The notes: generated from the sequence alone by a model not told the origin. Counted from the first letter of the stretch, positions 13,015 through 23,046 are shown. The stretch is DNA of 64,000 bases from Candidatus Poribacteria bacterium (GCA_965215015.1 OZ244042.1:3008001-3072000), one strand, 5' to 3'. Made by a program: numbers and translations.

Positions 13015-13110
13015 TCATATTTCCCTACGCTGGTATTATCCAGATCAGGTCTAAAGGGTATATTCTCAGCTCTCCGGCTCAACCGGAGTGCACCCCAAAG
13101 CATGATAGCA
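13015..13110 (-). promoter_or_regulatory. TPP riboswitch (native, upstream of thiC)
   Basis: Minus strand GGGGTGC..GCTGAGA..ACCCTTTAGACCTGATCTGGATAATACCAGCGTAGGGAA matches the TPP aptamer consensus. Confidence 0.95.
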
Positions 13111-13186
13111 ATGGCGAATTTTCAGTTTCAGCTATTAAGGTATAGGCCGGCGCGTCCTTCTCTCGATGTCGTGAGAAACTGAAGGT

Positions 13187-14506
13187 TCACCGTTCTTCGT
13201 CTTCTTCCGAGGCATCTTCATCAGGACGTTGGGACGAGTAGCGTTCCCGATACGCCTCTGATTCCCGCCGAACCGCTTTATCGTCAGGGAAACGCTCCCT
13301 CGCCTGTCGGTAAACTGCTGCGGCTTTCTCATCTTCGCCCGTTTCTTGGTATGCCCGCGCCAACCTTAGATAACTCTCCGCCCGATTCGGACGAGATTCG
13401 ATAGAACGCTCTAGGTCTGCAAGCTGTCCCTCAACGGCAGCGGATGGGTCTGACGGGCTGCTTAGCGACGCTTCGTACTCTTCAATGATTTGAATCAGCT
13501 CCTCGATGGATCGTTGGTCTGCTGCGCTTGCTTCCCTGCTTTCGCTGGGCGGCGTGGAGTCTCCCGGCTCGTCATTAAGTCCGGTTTCACGACCAGTTCC
13601 TTCAGGCGGAGCCGGTGGGGGCTCTGCCTCCTGAAACGGTGATTCGGGAAACGTGTCTTCAGGAGCAGATTTTTCAGGCAATTGTCTCTGAGATTCACCT
13701 TGGATCCGCTTAAAGATAGGGTTTCCTGCCTCAATCGCTTGAATATGCATAAGAGACACTACAGGATGCCACCTACGAATGTCAAATCCAGGGGGAGGTA
13801 ACTTAGATCCCTTCTTATAAGCCGCTAATGCTTCATCATACATGCCCAATCTTTCGTAACTTTCACCTAAGGCACGATACGCCGAACCGTGCGACGGGTC
13901 TGCCGCAATAGCCGCTTTGAGATAGGGAATAGACTCCGCTGGCTGGGCGGTGTTGATTGTTGTTCCGAGTCCATACAGAACATCCACAGAAGTGGAATCC
14001 ATCTCGACCAATCGTCGAAAGATTGCTTCTCTTCCATTTTCTTCATCAGGAGGGAGCAGTTGACCCAGTAAGAGAAGTTCCTCAAAAGCCCCTGGATTTT
14101 CCGCCACCGCCTTCCGGGCATATTGCCGGGCGTAATCCAGAAACCCGCTTCTTTTCAACCCCTTGGCTGCGGTGAAGGAATCAACGCCTTCGACTATAGG
14201 CGCGATTATCTCCAACATCGGGTCTGTCCCCAAATCATCGGTAGGCGGAGAGGCGTCTAATGATGCTTCAGTAGTTCCATGTACAGAAACACCAGATTTC
14301 TGATTTGCACGAGCAGGCTGATCTGCTCCGGTTGAAAGTGAGGGTTCTGAAGGCGTTGTTTCCATTTCAGGTAGTGTTACTTCTCCTATCAGATTCTCGT
14401 CTTTGTCCAAAGTCGATGGTTGTCTATATAAGATAAAGAAAATTACCCCGAATACCGATAGAATTATGAGGGGTAGTGTCCAAATCCGTTGTAATTTTTG
14501 CATCAT
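13187..14506 (-). CDS. Membrane-anchored TPR protein (array copy F, intact)
   Basis: N-terminal TM helix, TPR motifs (AYRALGESYERLGMYDEALAAYKK; SYLRLARAYQETGEDEKAAAVY), Pro/Glu linker. Confidence 0.85.
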   Translation of the reverse strand: MMQKLQRIWTLPLIILSVFGVIFFILYRQPSTLDKDENLIGEVTLPEMETTPSEPSLSTGADQPARANQKSGVSVHGTTEASLDASPPTDDLGTDPMLEIIAPIVEGVDSFTAAKGLKRSGFLDYARQYARKAVAENPGAFEELLLLGQLLPPDEENGREAIFRRLVEMDSTSVDVLYGLGTTINTAQPAESIPYLKAAIAADPSHGSAYRALGESYERLGMYDEALAAYKKGSKLPPPGFDIRRWHPVVSLMHIQAIEAGNPIFKRIQGESQRQLPEKSAPEDTFPESPFQEAEPPPAPPEGTGRETGLNDEPGDSTPPSESREASAADQRSIEELIQIIEEYEASLSSPSDPSAAVEGQLADLERSIESRPNRAESYLRLARAYQETGEDEKAAAVYRQARERFPDDKAVRRESEAYRERYSSQRPDEDASEEDEER

Positions 14507-14561
14507 TCAATTTTGACTAAGATTGACTATCGGGAAAATTCCAAAAACTCTGTTAATTCAA

Positions 14562-15401
14562 TCAGTTTTCCTCTTCATCAGAACGTTCTAGCAGACGTTC
14601 AGGCTCCGCCTCAAACTCTCGTTGAACTCGTTCATCTTCAGGGAAACGTTCCCTCGCCCGTCGGTAAACTGCTGCGGCTTTCTCATCTTCGCCCACTTTT
14701 TGGTATGCCCGCGCCAACCTTAGATAACTCTCCGCCCGATTGGGTCGGGATTCAATAGAACGCTCTAGGTCTGCAAGCCATCCCTCAACGATAGTGGATG
14801 GATCTGACTGGCTGCTTAGCGACGCTTCGTACTCTTCAATGATTTGAATCAGCTCCTCGATGGCTCGTTGGTCCGCTGCGGTTGCTTCTCCATCTTTGGG
14901 AGAAGGCGGTTCTTCAAAAAGCGATTCATCGAAGCCTGTTTTACGTTCCAAACCCGAAGGCGCGTCGGGAGTGGGAGGCGTATTTTCTTGCGGTGGTGGT
15001 TGAGGAGGCATTCCTTTGAAAGGAAGCTCTTTGGACTCTGGTGTTTCAGATGGCAACGGTTTTATGCGAGGATTCCCGGCTTCAATCGCTCGAATATGGG
15101 CGAGGGTCACCAGGCCTTGACTAATCTCAAAGGCTTTCTTATAGGACACCAACGCTTCATCATATCGCCCCATTCCCTCATAACTCTTCCCTAACACGTA
15201 ATGTGCTGTACTATCCGATGGATCTTCTGCAATAGCGGCTTCAAGATAGAAGGGCACTTCCTCAGGCAAGACCACTTCTGGAGAGGAGAGGCTGCCATTA
15301 TCCAAAGTGGGTTGGGGGCTCTTTAGGGAGAACAAAACCACTATGAATACAGCGAGTGCAGCGACAATAACTATCAAGATCAATCGGTGCTGGCGCATCA
15401 T
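14562..15401 (-). CDS. Membrane-anchored TPR protein (copy E, in-frame deletion derivative of copy C)
   Basis: Matches 17724-18999 but lacks ~430 bp between VLPE and FYLEAA. Confidence 0.75.
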   Translation of the reverse strand: MMRQHRLILIVIVAALAVFIVVLFSLKSPQPTLDNGSLSSPEVVLPEEVPFYLEAAIAEDPSDSTAHYVLGKSYEGMGRYDEALVSYKKAFEISQGLVTLAHIRAIEAGNPRIKPLPSETPESKELPFKGMPPQPPPQENTPPTPDAPSGLERKTGFDESLFEEPPSPKDGEATAADQRAIEELIQIIEEYEASLSSQSDPSTIVEGWLADLERSIESRPNRAESYLRLARAYQKVGEDEKAAAVYRRARERFPEDERVQREFEAEPERLLERSDEEEN

Positions 15402-15709
15402 AATCTCTCCTTGTTAAATACCCCAACTTTCTGAGATAAACGGTTGTGCTAAAATAGGGCATAGCAGCAAGTGACTCCATAATCATTCCTAACATAACTA
15501 ATAAAATGCTAAACATCACTCGCTGTTGCATATTGATTCTTTCTTTAGCGTTTTAAGAACGGGTTATTGCCCATCAGCTTCACAGACACAAAATGCCATG
15601 ACATTGATGATAATAAAATAAATAAACCTAAAATGCAAGAAAAATTATACCATATTAGAATTTTTTGTGCCAATGAATTGTTTTAGCGTCTACCCATCCA
15701 TGGAGCTAT

Positions 15710-16087
15710 TTACAGAATCTCCAATTTAATCCCGACCAGTCGCCGAAAAGTTGCCTCCCTCTCATTTCCATCGTGAGGTAGCAATTGGCCCAATAAGAGA
15801 AGTGCTTCAAAAGATTCGGGGTTTTCCGCCACCGCCTTCCGGGCATATTGCCGGGCGTAATCCAGAAATCCGTTTCTTTTTAACCTTTTGGCTGCGGTGA
15901 AGGAATCAACGCCTTCGACTATAGGCGCAATTATCTCCAACATCGGGTCTATCCCAGAATCATCGGTAGGCGGAGAGGCGTCTAATGATGCTTCAGTAGT
16001 TCCGTGTACAGAAACATCGCCGTTGATACGATGCTTGGTAGGTTCTGTTGCCATCGTGTATCCCATGTGGTTGATGCCCGTCTTCAT
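15710..16087 (-). pseudogene. TPR-family internal fragment fused to a duplicated thiC start codon
   Basis: 'VSVHGTTEASLDAS...EATFRRLVG' near-identical to copy D; uses the duplicated thiC RBS and ATG. Confidence 0.7.
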
Positions 16088-16206
16088 CGTCTCAACCTCC
16101 TATGTGGTAAGCAAACGTCGATCGAAAAAAAACCGCCTCCCTACATAAGGAAAACGGCTCAACAATACAAGTCAGGAACAACGAACGTTGCTCTTTACTC
16201 TGAAAC

Positions 16207-16302
16207 TCATATTTCCCTACGCTGGTATTATCCAGATCAGGTCTAAAGGGTATATTCTCAGCTCTCCGGCTCAACCGGAGTGCACCCCAAAGCATGATAG
16301 CA
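16207..16302 (-). promoter_or_regulatory. TPP riboswitch, second full copy
   Basis: Identical to 13015-13110 at offset 3192, including the leader down to the ATG. Confidence 0.92.
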
Positions 16303-16378
16303 ATGGCGAATTTTCAGTTTCAGCTATTAAGGTATAGGCCGGCGCGTCCTTCTCTCGATGTCGTGAGAAACTGAAGGT

Positions 16379-17668
16379 TCACCGTTCTTCGTCTTCTTCC
16401 GATGCATCTTCATCAGGACGTTGGGACGAGTAGCGTTCCCGATACGCCTCTGATTCCCGCTGAACCGCTTTATCGTCAGGGAAACGCTCCCTTGCCTGTC
16501 GATAAACTGCTGCGGCTTTCTCATCTTCGCCCGCTTCTTGGTATGCCCGCGCCAACCTTAGATAACTCTCCGCCCAATTCGGACGAGATTCGATAGAACG
16601 CTCTAGGTCTGCAAGACGTCCCTCAACGGCAGCGGATCGATCTGACTGGCTGCTTAGTGACGCTTCGTACTCTTCAATGATCTGAAGCAGCTCCTCGATG
16701 GCTCGTTGGTCCGCTGCGCTTGCTTCCCTGTTTTCGCTTGGCGGCGTGAAGTCTCCCGGCTCGTCATTAAATCGGGTGTCACGACCAGTTCCTTCAGGCG
16801 GAGCCGGTGGGGGCTCTGCCTCCTGAAACGGTGATTCGGGAAACGTGTCTTCAGGAGCGGCTTCTGCCGGCAATTGTTTCTGAAACTCACGCTGCAAGGG
16901 CTTAATAATCGGATTCCCAGATTCGATGGCTTGGATATACCTCAAAGTCCGGGGGCTATGACTAATATCATAAGCTATTTTATGAGCCGTTAATGCTTCA
17001 TCATACCTCCCTAGTCTTTGATAACTCTTGCCCAAGACGTGATACACAGGACGATACAACGGATCTGACTCAATGACGGCTTTGAGATAGGGAATAGCTT
17101 CTGCTGGCTTGCTGTAGGAGAGCGTTTGCCCGAGTCCATACAGGGCATCCACAGAAGTGGAATCCATCCCGACCAATCGCCGAAAAGTTGCCTCTCTCTC
17201 ATTTCCATCGTGAGATAGCAATTGAGCCAATAAAAGAAGTGCTTCAAAAGATTCGGGATTTTCTGCTACCGCCTTCCGGGCATATTGCCGGGCGTAATCC
17301 AGAAATCCGTTTCTTTTTAACCTTTTGGCTGCGGTGAAGGAATCAACGCCTTCGACTATAGGCGCAATTATCTCCAACATCGGGTCTATCCCAGAATCAT
17401 CGGTAGGCGAAGAGGCGTCTAATGATGCTTCAGTAGTTCCGTGTACAGAAACACCAGATTTCCGATTTGCACGGACAGTCTGATCCAACTTGCTTGAAAG
17501 TAGCTGTTCTGAAGGCTGACTTTCCATTTTAGGCACTGGAATTTCTTTTGTCAAATCCTTGCCCTTATCCAAAGTAGATGGTTGCCTATACAAGATAAAG
17601 AAAATTACCCCAAATACCGATAGAATTATGAGGGGTAGTGTCCAAATCGGTTGTAATTTTTGCATCAT
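16379..17668 (-). CDS. Membrane-anchored TPR protein (copy D, intact)
   Basis: Same architecture as copy F with a divergent central TPR block. Confidence 0.85.
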   Translation of the reverse strand: MMQKLQPIWTLPLIILSVFGVIFFILYRQPSTLDKGKDLTKEIPVPKMESQPSEQLLSSKLDQTVRANRKSGVSVHGTTEASLDASSPTDDSGIDPMLEIIAPIVEGVDSFTAAKRLKRNGFLDYARQYARKAVAENPESFEALLLLAQLLSHDGNEREATFRRLVGMDSTSVDALYGLGQTLSYSKPAEAIPYLKAVIESDPLYRPVYHVLGKSYQRLGRYDEALTAHKIAYDISHSPRTLRYIQAIESGNPIIKPLQREFQKQLPAEAAPEDTFPESPFQEAEPPPAPPEGTGRDTRFNDEPGDFTPPSENREASAADQRAIEELLQIIEEYEASLSSQSDRSAAVEGRLADLERSIESRPNWAESYLRLARAYQEAGEDEKAAAVYRQARERFPDDKAVQRESEAYRERYSSQRPDEDASEEDEER

Positions 17669-17723
17669 TCAATTTTGACTAAGATTGACTATCGGGAAAA
17701 TTCCAAAAACTCTGTTAATTCAA

Positions 17724-18999
17724 TCAATTTTCTTCTTGATCGGAACGTTCTAGCGGACGTTCAGGCTCCGCCTCAAACGCCTCTGACTCTCGTTGAATTC
17801 GCTCATCTTCAGGGAAACGTTCCCTCGCCTGTCGGTAGACTGCTGCGGCTTTCTCATCTTCGCCCGTTTCTTGGTAAGCCCGCGCTAACCTTAAATAACT
17901 CTCCGCCGGATTCGGACGAGATTCGATAGAACGTTCTAGGTCTGCAAGCTGCCCCTCAGCTACAGCGACTGAGTCTGACTTGCTCATTAGCTGAGCTTCG
18001 TATTCTTCGATGATCTGAATCAGCTCCTCGATGGCTTGTTGGTCCGCTGCGGCTGCTTCGCCATCTTTAGGGAGAAGGCAGTTCTTCGAGAAGCGATTCA
18101 TCGAAGCCTGTTTTACGTTCCAAACCCGAAGGCGCGTTGGGAATGGGAGGCGTATTTTCTTGCGGTGGTGCTTGAGGAGGTATTCCTTTAAAAGGAAGCT
18201 CTTTGGACTCTGGTGTTTCAGATGGCAACGGTTTTATGCGAGGATTCCCGGCTTCAATCGCTCGAATATGGGCGAGGGTCACCAGGCCTTGACTAATCTC
18301 AAAGGCTTTCTTATAGGACACCAACGCTTCATCATATCGCCCCATTCCCTCATAACTCTTCCCTAACACGTAATGTGCTGTACTATCCGATGGATCTTCT
18401 GCAATAGCGGCTTCAAGATAGAAGGCCGCTTCTCGTGGTTGATTATTAATCCTGAGTGTTTGTCCCAGTCCATATAATGCCTCGACAGAGGTCGGGTCTG
18501 TTTCAACTAATCGCCGGAAAATTGCTTGTCTCTCATCTCCTTCGTGAGGAAGAAGTTTTCCCAATAACAGCAGTGCTTCAAAAGAATCTGGATTTTCTGC
18601 TACAGCCAGCCGTGCATATTCTCGGGCGTAATTCCATTCACCTGCTTCTCTGAGTTTCTTGGCTACGCTCAACGGAGACTCCCCCTTGAACAAGGACGCT
18701 AATCTTTCTCGTTCAAGATTTGTTGTCCTCTCACCAACGAGAGGGGAAGTCGATTTTGACGTTTCGATAACTGTATCTGCAGAAACACGAGATCCCCGGT
18801 TTGTACTTGAATTTGCTCGGTTATTTTTTACCGACCGCGTTGACAGCTCAACTTCCATTTCAGGCAAGACCATTTCTGGAGAGGAGAGGCTGCCATTGTC
18901 CAAAGTGGATTGGGGGCTCTTTAGGGAGAACAAAACCACTATGAATACAACGAGTGCAGCGACAAGAACTATTAAAATCAATCGGTGCTGGCGCATCAT
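17724..18999 (-). pseudogene. Membrane-anchored TPR protein (copy C), +1 frameshift near 18069
   Basis: CCCTAAAGATGG versus CCCAAAGATGG in copy E; split into ORFs 18067-18999 and 17724-18101. Confidence 0.8.
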
Positions 19000-19134
19000 A
19001 ATCTCTCCTTCTTAAATACCTCAATTTTCCGAGATAAACGGTTGTGCTAAAATAGGGCATAGCAGCAAGTGATTCCATTTAACCAGAAGGGGTGATGCGT
19101 CCGCGTGAGACAGATTACACCCCTGGTGAGAAGG

Positions 19135-19815
19135 CTAATCTTCTCTGAGTTTGTACCCCTGAAAGTTGGTCGCATGATCCGATCCATAGTTATCACTACG
19201 GGCTGCGGGCAGTATCAATATATCCATAATGCATGAATTATGGGTACAGTGAGTTAGGTTGATGGTATGGCCTATCTCATGACCAACGACGTTCTTTCTT
19301 GCTGCAGCTCGATCCGATTGCGAACTATATAGGTTATCGATTCCAAGGGTATAGATAAAACAGTCCCTAACTTCATTAGGGATATATTCATCTGGCTCCT
19401 CGGCTGGAATTGGCCAACCTATGTAAAAGGTAAAACCAAGATTATCTGGATTCTCCGTAATGTTATCCTCTAACACTTTTACTACTTTCTGAGAGCGGTG
19501 TCCGGGCACATCAGTTCCCTTGAAATTCACGAAGTAGTTCGGATAACCTGAGTGTTCATTAGAGTCAATTGGACGGGGACGTATCTCACTTGGTAGATTA
19601 CTTGCATCTCCTATACCAGTTAGACTGCCAGTAGTATTAACATTTATCAATAGATCTTTCTTTGAGGGATCTAGTCGGTCGTGACTTCCCTCCATTATAA
19701 ACCCCCGATATTCCGTAAAAACAGAGAAGTTGTCGCCATCATGAATATTACTTCCTGGGCCCTCTTCATCGTCAGCAGACGCATTATAGTTTTCCAACTC
19801 ATCATTGTTCCACCC
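19135..19815 (-). pseudogene. C-terminal fragment of a zinc metallopeptidase (HExxH, Met-turn-like)
   Basis: 'GDNFSVFTEYRGF..RLDPSKKDL', 'HEIGHTINLTHC..CIM'; 5' end replaced by TPR-gene sequence; lower GC than flanks. Confidence 0.7.
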
Positions 19816-20765
19816 AGTTCTCGCTTGGCGGCGTGAAGTCTCCCGGCTCGTCATTAAATCCTGTTTCACGACTAGTTCCTTCAGGCGGAGCCGGTGGGGG
19901 CTCTGCCTCCTGAAACGGTGATCCGGGAAACGTGTCTTCAGGAGCAGATTCTTTAGGCAATTGTTTCTGAAACTCACGTTGGATCGGCTTAAAGATAGGG
20001 TTTCCTGCCTCAATCGCTTGAATATGCATAAGAGGTACTGTAGGATGCCACCTACGAATATCAACTCCAGGGGGAGGCAACTTACAACTCTTCTTAAAAG
20101 CCGCTAATGCTTCATCATACATGCCTAGTCTTTCATAGCTCTTTCCCAAATTGTGATACGCCGAACCGTGCGACGGGTCTGCCGCAATGGCAGCTTTGAG
20201 ATAGGAGATAGCCTCTGCCGGCTGGTCATAGTAGATTGTTACTCCCAGGCCATATAATACATCCACAGAGACTGGATTCATGTCAAACAATCGTCGAAAG
20301 ATGGCTTCTCTTCCATTTTCTTCATCAAGAGGGAGCAGTTGACCCAATAAGAGAAGTTCCTCAAAAGCCCCTGGATTTTCCGCCACCGCCTTCCGGGCAT
20401 ATTGCCGGGCGTAATCCAGAAATCCGTTTCTTTTCAACCCCTTGGCTGCGGTGAAGGAATCAACGCCTTCGACTATAGGCGTAATTATCTCCAACATCGG
20501 GTCTATTGCAGAATCATCGGTAGGCGGAGAGGCGTCTAATGATGCTTCAGTAGTTCCGTGTACAGAAACACCAGATTTCCGATTTGCACGGGTAGGCTGA
20601 TCTGCTCCGGTTGAAAGTGAGTGCTCTGAAGGCATTGTTTCCATTTCAGGCGGTGTTACTTCTCCTATCAGATTCTCGTCTTCGTCCAAAGTCAATGGTT
20701 GTCTATACAAGATAAAGAAAATTACTCCGAATACCGATAGAATTATGAGGGGTAGCGTCCAAATC
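19802..20765 (-). pseudogene. TPR protein copy B (start codon and C-terminus deleted)
   Basis: Begins at 'IWTLPLII' fused to copy A; ends at 'PPSEN' fused to the peptidase fragment. Confidence 0.75.
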
Positions 20766-21917
20766 TGATTCCCGCCGAACCGCTTTATCCTCAGGGAAAC
20801 GCTCCCTCGCCTGTCGGTAAACTGCTGCGGCTTTCTCATCTTCGCCCACTTTTTGGTATGCCCGCGCCAACCTTAGATAACTCTCTGCCCGATTCGGACG
20901 AGATTCGATAGAACGCTCTAGGTCTGCAAGCCGTCCCTCAACGATAGTGGATGGATCTGACGGGCTGCTTAGCGACGCTTCGTATTCTTCAATGATTTGA
21001 ATCAGCTCCTCGATGGCTCGTTGGTCCGCTGCGCTTACTTCCCTGTTTTCGCTTGGCGGCGTGAAGTCTCCCGGCTCGTCATTAAATCCGGTTTCATGAC
21101 CAGTTCCTTCAGGCGGAGCCGGTGGGGGCTCTGCCTCCTGAAACGTTTCTTCAGGAGCAGATTCTTCAGGCAATTGTTTCTGAAACTCACGTTGGATCGG
21201 CTTAAAGATAGGGTTTCCTGCCTCAATCGCTTGAATATGCATAAGAGGTACTGTAGGATGCCACCTACGAATGTCAAATCCAGGGGGAGGCAACTTAGAT
21301 CCCTTCTTATAAGCCGCTAATGCTTCATCATACATGCCCAATCTTTCGTAACTTCCACCTAAGGCACGATACGCCGAACCGTGCGACGGGTCTGCCGCAA
21401 TCGCCGCTTTGAGATAGGGAATAGACTCCGCTGGCTGGTCGGTATTGATTGTTGTTCCGAGTCCATACAGGGCATCCACAGAAGTCGAATCCATCCTGAC
21501 CAATCGTCGAAAGAGGGCTTCTCTTCCATTTTCTTCATCAAGAGGGAGCAATTGAGCCAAGAAGAGAAGTTCCTCAAAAGCCCCTGGATTTTCCGCCACC
21601 GCCTTCCGGGCATATTGCCGGGCGTAATCCGGAAATCCGTTTCTTTTTAACCTTTTGGCTGCGGTGAAGGAATCAACGCCTTCGACTATAGGCGCAATTA
21701 TCTCCAACATCGGGTCTGTCCCCAAATCATCGGTAGGCGGAGAGGCGTCTAATGATGCTTCAGTAGTTCCGTGTACAGAAACATCAAATTTCTGATTTGC
21801 ACGAGCAGGCTGATCTGCTCCAGTAGATGGGTATCTATACAAGATAAAGAAAATTACCCCGAATATCGCTAGAATTATGAAGGGTAGCGTCCAAATCCGT
21901 TGTAATTCTTGCATCAT
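20703..21917 (-). CDS. TPR protein copy A (C-terminus replaced by out-of-frame fusion)
   Basis: Homologous to copy F up to AVRRES, then reads into copy B out of frame. Confidence 0.75.
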   Translation of the reverse strand: MMQELQRIWTLPFIILAIFGVIFFILYRYPSTGADQPARANQKFDVSVHGTTEASLDASPPTDDLGTDPMLEIIAPIVEGVDSFTAAKRLKRNGFPDYARQYARKAVAENPGAFEELLFLAQLLPLDEENGREALFRRLVRMDSTSVDALYGLGTTINTDQPAESIPYLKAAIAADPSHGSAYRALGGSYERLGMYDEALAAYKKGSKLPPPGFDIRRWHPTVPLMHIQAIEAGNPIFKPIQREFQKQLPEESAPEETFQEAEPPPAPPEGTGHETGFNDEPGDFTPPSENREVSAADQRAIEELIQIIEEYEASLSSPSDPSTIVEGRLADLERSIESRPNRAESYLRLARAYQKVGEDEKAAAVYRQARERFPEDKAVRRESDLDATPHNSIGIRSNFLYLV

Positions 21918-21973
21918 TTACCCCATGGTAGGTCAAACCTATCTTATTTTGTATCCATTTAAGTTGACAGCGT

Positions 21974-22072
21974 GCTGGTATTATCCAGATCAGGTCTAAA
22001 GGGTATATTCTCAGCTCTCCGGCTCAACCGGAGTGCACCCCAAAGCATGATAGCAATGGCGAATTTTCAGTT
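21974..22072 (-). repeat. Truncated TPP aptamer copy (99-bp direct repeat)
   Basis: Identity to the native copy stops after ...ATAATACCAGC; lacks GTAGGGAA and the 3' strand of P1. Confidence 0.9.
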
Positions 22073-22084
22073 CCTGCTCACAGT

Positions 22085-22912
22085 TCACGCCTCCAGCTTC
22101 CACTCATCACCAAGGATAACCTCTAGTTGGTCATGCGGCTTGAAGTAATCGGTCGGGTGATAATTTTCACCCATGTATCCGAACAAGCGCTTCCGACGAG
22201 GTGTCATTCGCTCCAGCACATGCGGCGGCAGGGTCTCGTAATCGTAGGGACGGCTCCACATCTGGCCGTAACGGAAGGTGACACTCTTACGAATCTGATC
22301 GGTTTTATTCGGTCCAACCGAGTGCCACTGTGCCCATGGAAAGATGACAGCATCGCCCGGTTCGGCAAGCACTTGAATCGCTCCTTCTGGGAGAAATTCC
22401 GGTTCCGGGTGTTCAGGGAAAGGTTTTCGGTGACTGCCCGGCACTAGCATGAAATTCGCGCTGTCCGGCTGCGATACATCGGTCAGGAAAAACTGAACCT
22501 TAAATTGCAGCGGGAGGCTTTGGGGGTGGGGGTGAATCTGTTGTAGCGAAGGGCCGGCATCCGTATGGAAACCCAGCAAAGGGGCATCGCTGGGATGTCG
22601 AGTGTAGATTTGCGTCCCCATAATCTGGAGGTAGGGCCCCATTAATGCGAGAATCGTTCCAAAGATGTTGGGATGGTCTGTCAAGAGGTCCAGCGCATCC
22701 GTTCTTTCAATCGCCCGAATGATGGTGAAAGCTCCTTGGCCAAACTGGGGAGCATCCGAACTATACTGTTCCCGAACATAGGCTTCAATAACCGGATCGA
22801 CAGCGTCCAAAAGAGTGTGGACCTCTTCGGGGGACAGCACCTGTTTCACAATGAGATAGCCTTGTTCATCCCAGTGTTTGCGTTGCTCCTCTGTCAAGTA
22901 TCCGTTTACCAT
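22085..22912 (-). CDS. Phytanoyl-CoA dioxygenase (PhyH) family protein
   Basis: FHTD (HxD), VPGSH, PGDAVIF, distal His, RKS. Confidence 0.9.
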   Translation of the reverse strand: MVNGYLTEEQRKHWDEQGYLIVKQVLSPEEVHTLLDAVDPVIEAYVREQYSSDAPQFGQGAFTIIRAIERTDALDLLTDHPNIFGTILALMGPYLQIMGTQIYTRHPSDAPLLGFHTDAGPSLQQIHPHPQSLPLQFKVQFFLTDVSQPDSANFMLVPGSHRKPFPEHPEPEFLPEGAIQVLAEPGDAVIFPWAQWHSVGPNKTDQIRKSVTFRYGQMWSRPYDYETLPPHVLERMTPRRKRLFGYMGENYHPTDYFKPHDQLEVILGDEWKLEA

Positions 22913-23046
22913 CGTGATTCCTCCTATTGTCAGTCGTAAATGAACCTTGAGATTTGAGATTTGCGTCGGTCAACAACATTATAGATGATTTTGTGAACGA
23001 GATCCAGCGGAAAGTGATTTGGCAAAATGTCAGCACTATTTTTTAA

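Larger units (their letters stand above)
13128..21973. mobile_element. Putative island bounded by 99-bp direct repeats of the TPP aptamer; no integrase visible
   Basis: 13029-13127 = 21974-22072 (and 16221-16319); content is unrelated to the phyH/thiC flanks. Confidence 0.55.

Noticed and set aside
13100-13115. Extended -10 promoter (TGnTATCAT) inside the 99-bp repeat
   Set aside because: It overlaps the probable P1 strand of the aptamer and has no well-spaced -35, so it is not supportable.
19816-20064. N-terminal part of the 309-aa ORF 19135-20064
   Set aside because: It is an alternative-frame reading of TPR copy B, produced by the deletion junction.
13187-21917. Diversity-generating retroelement as the cause of TPR variation
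   Set aside because: No reverse transcriptase in the window; differences include indels and block swaps rather than a TR/VR pair with adenine-specific changes.
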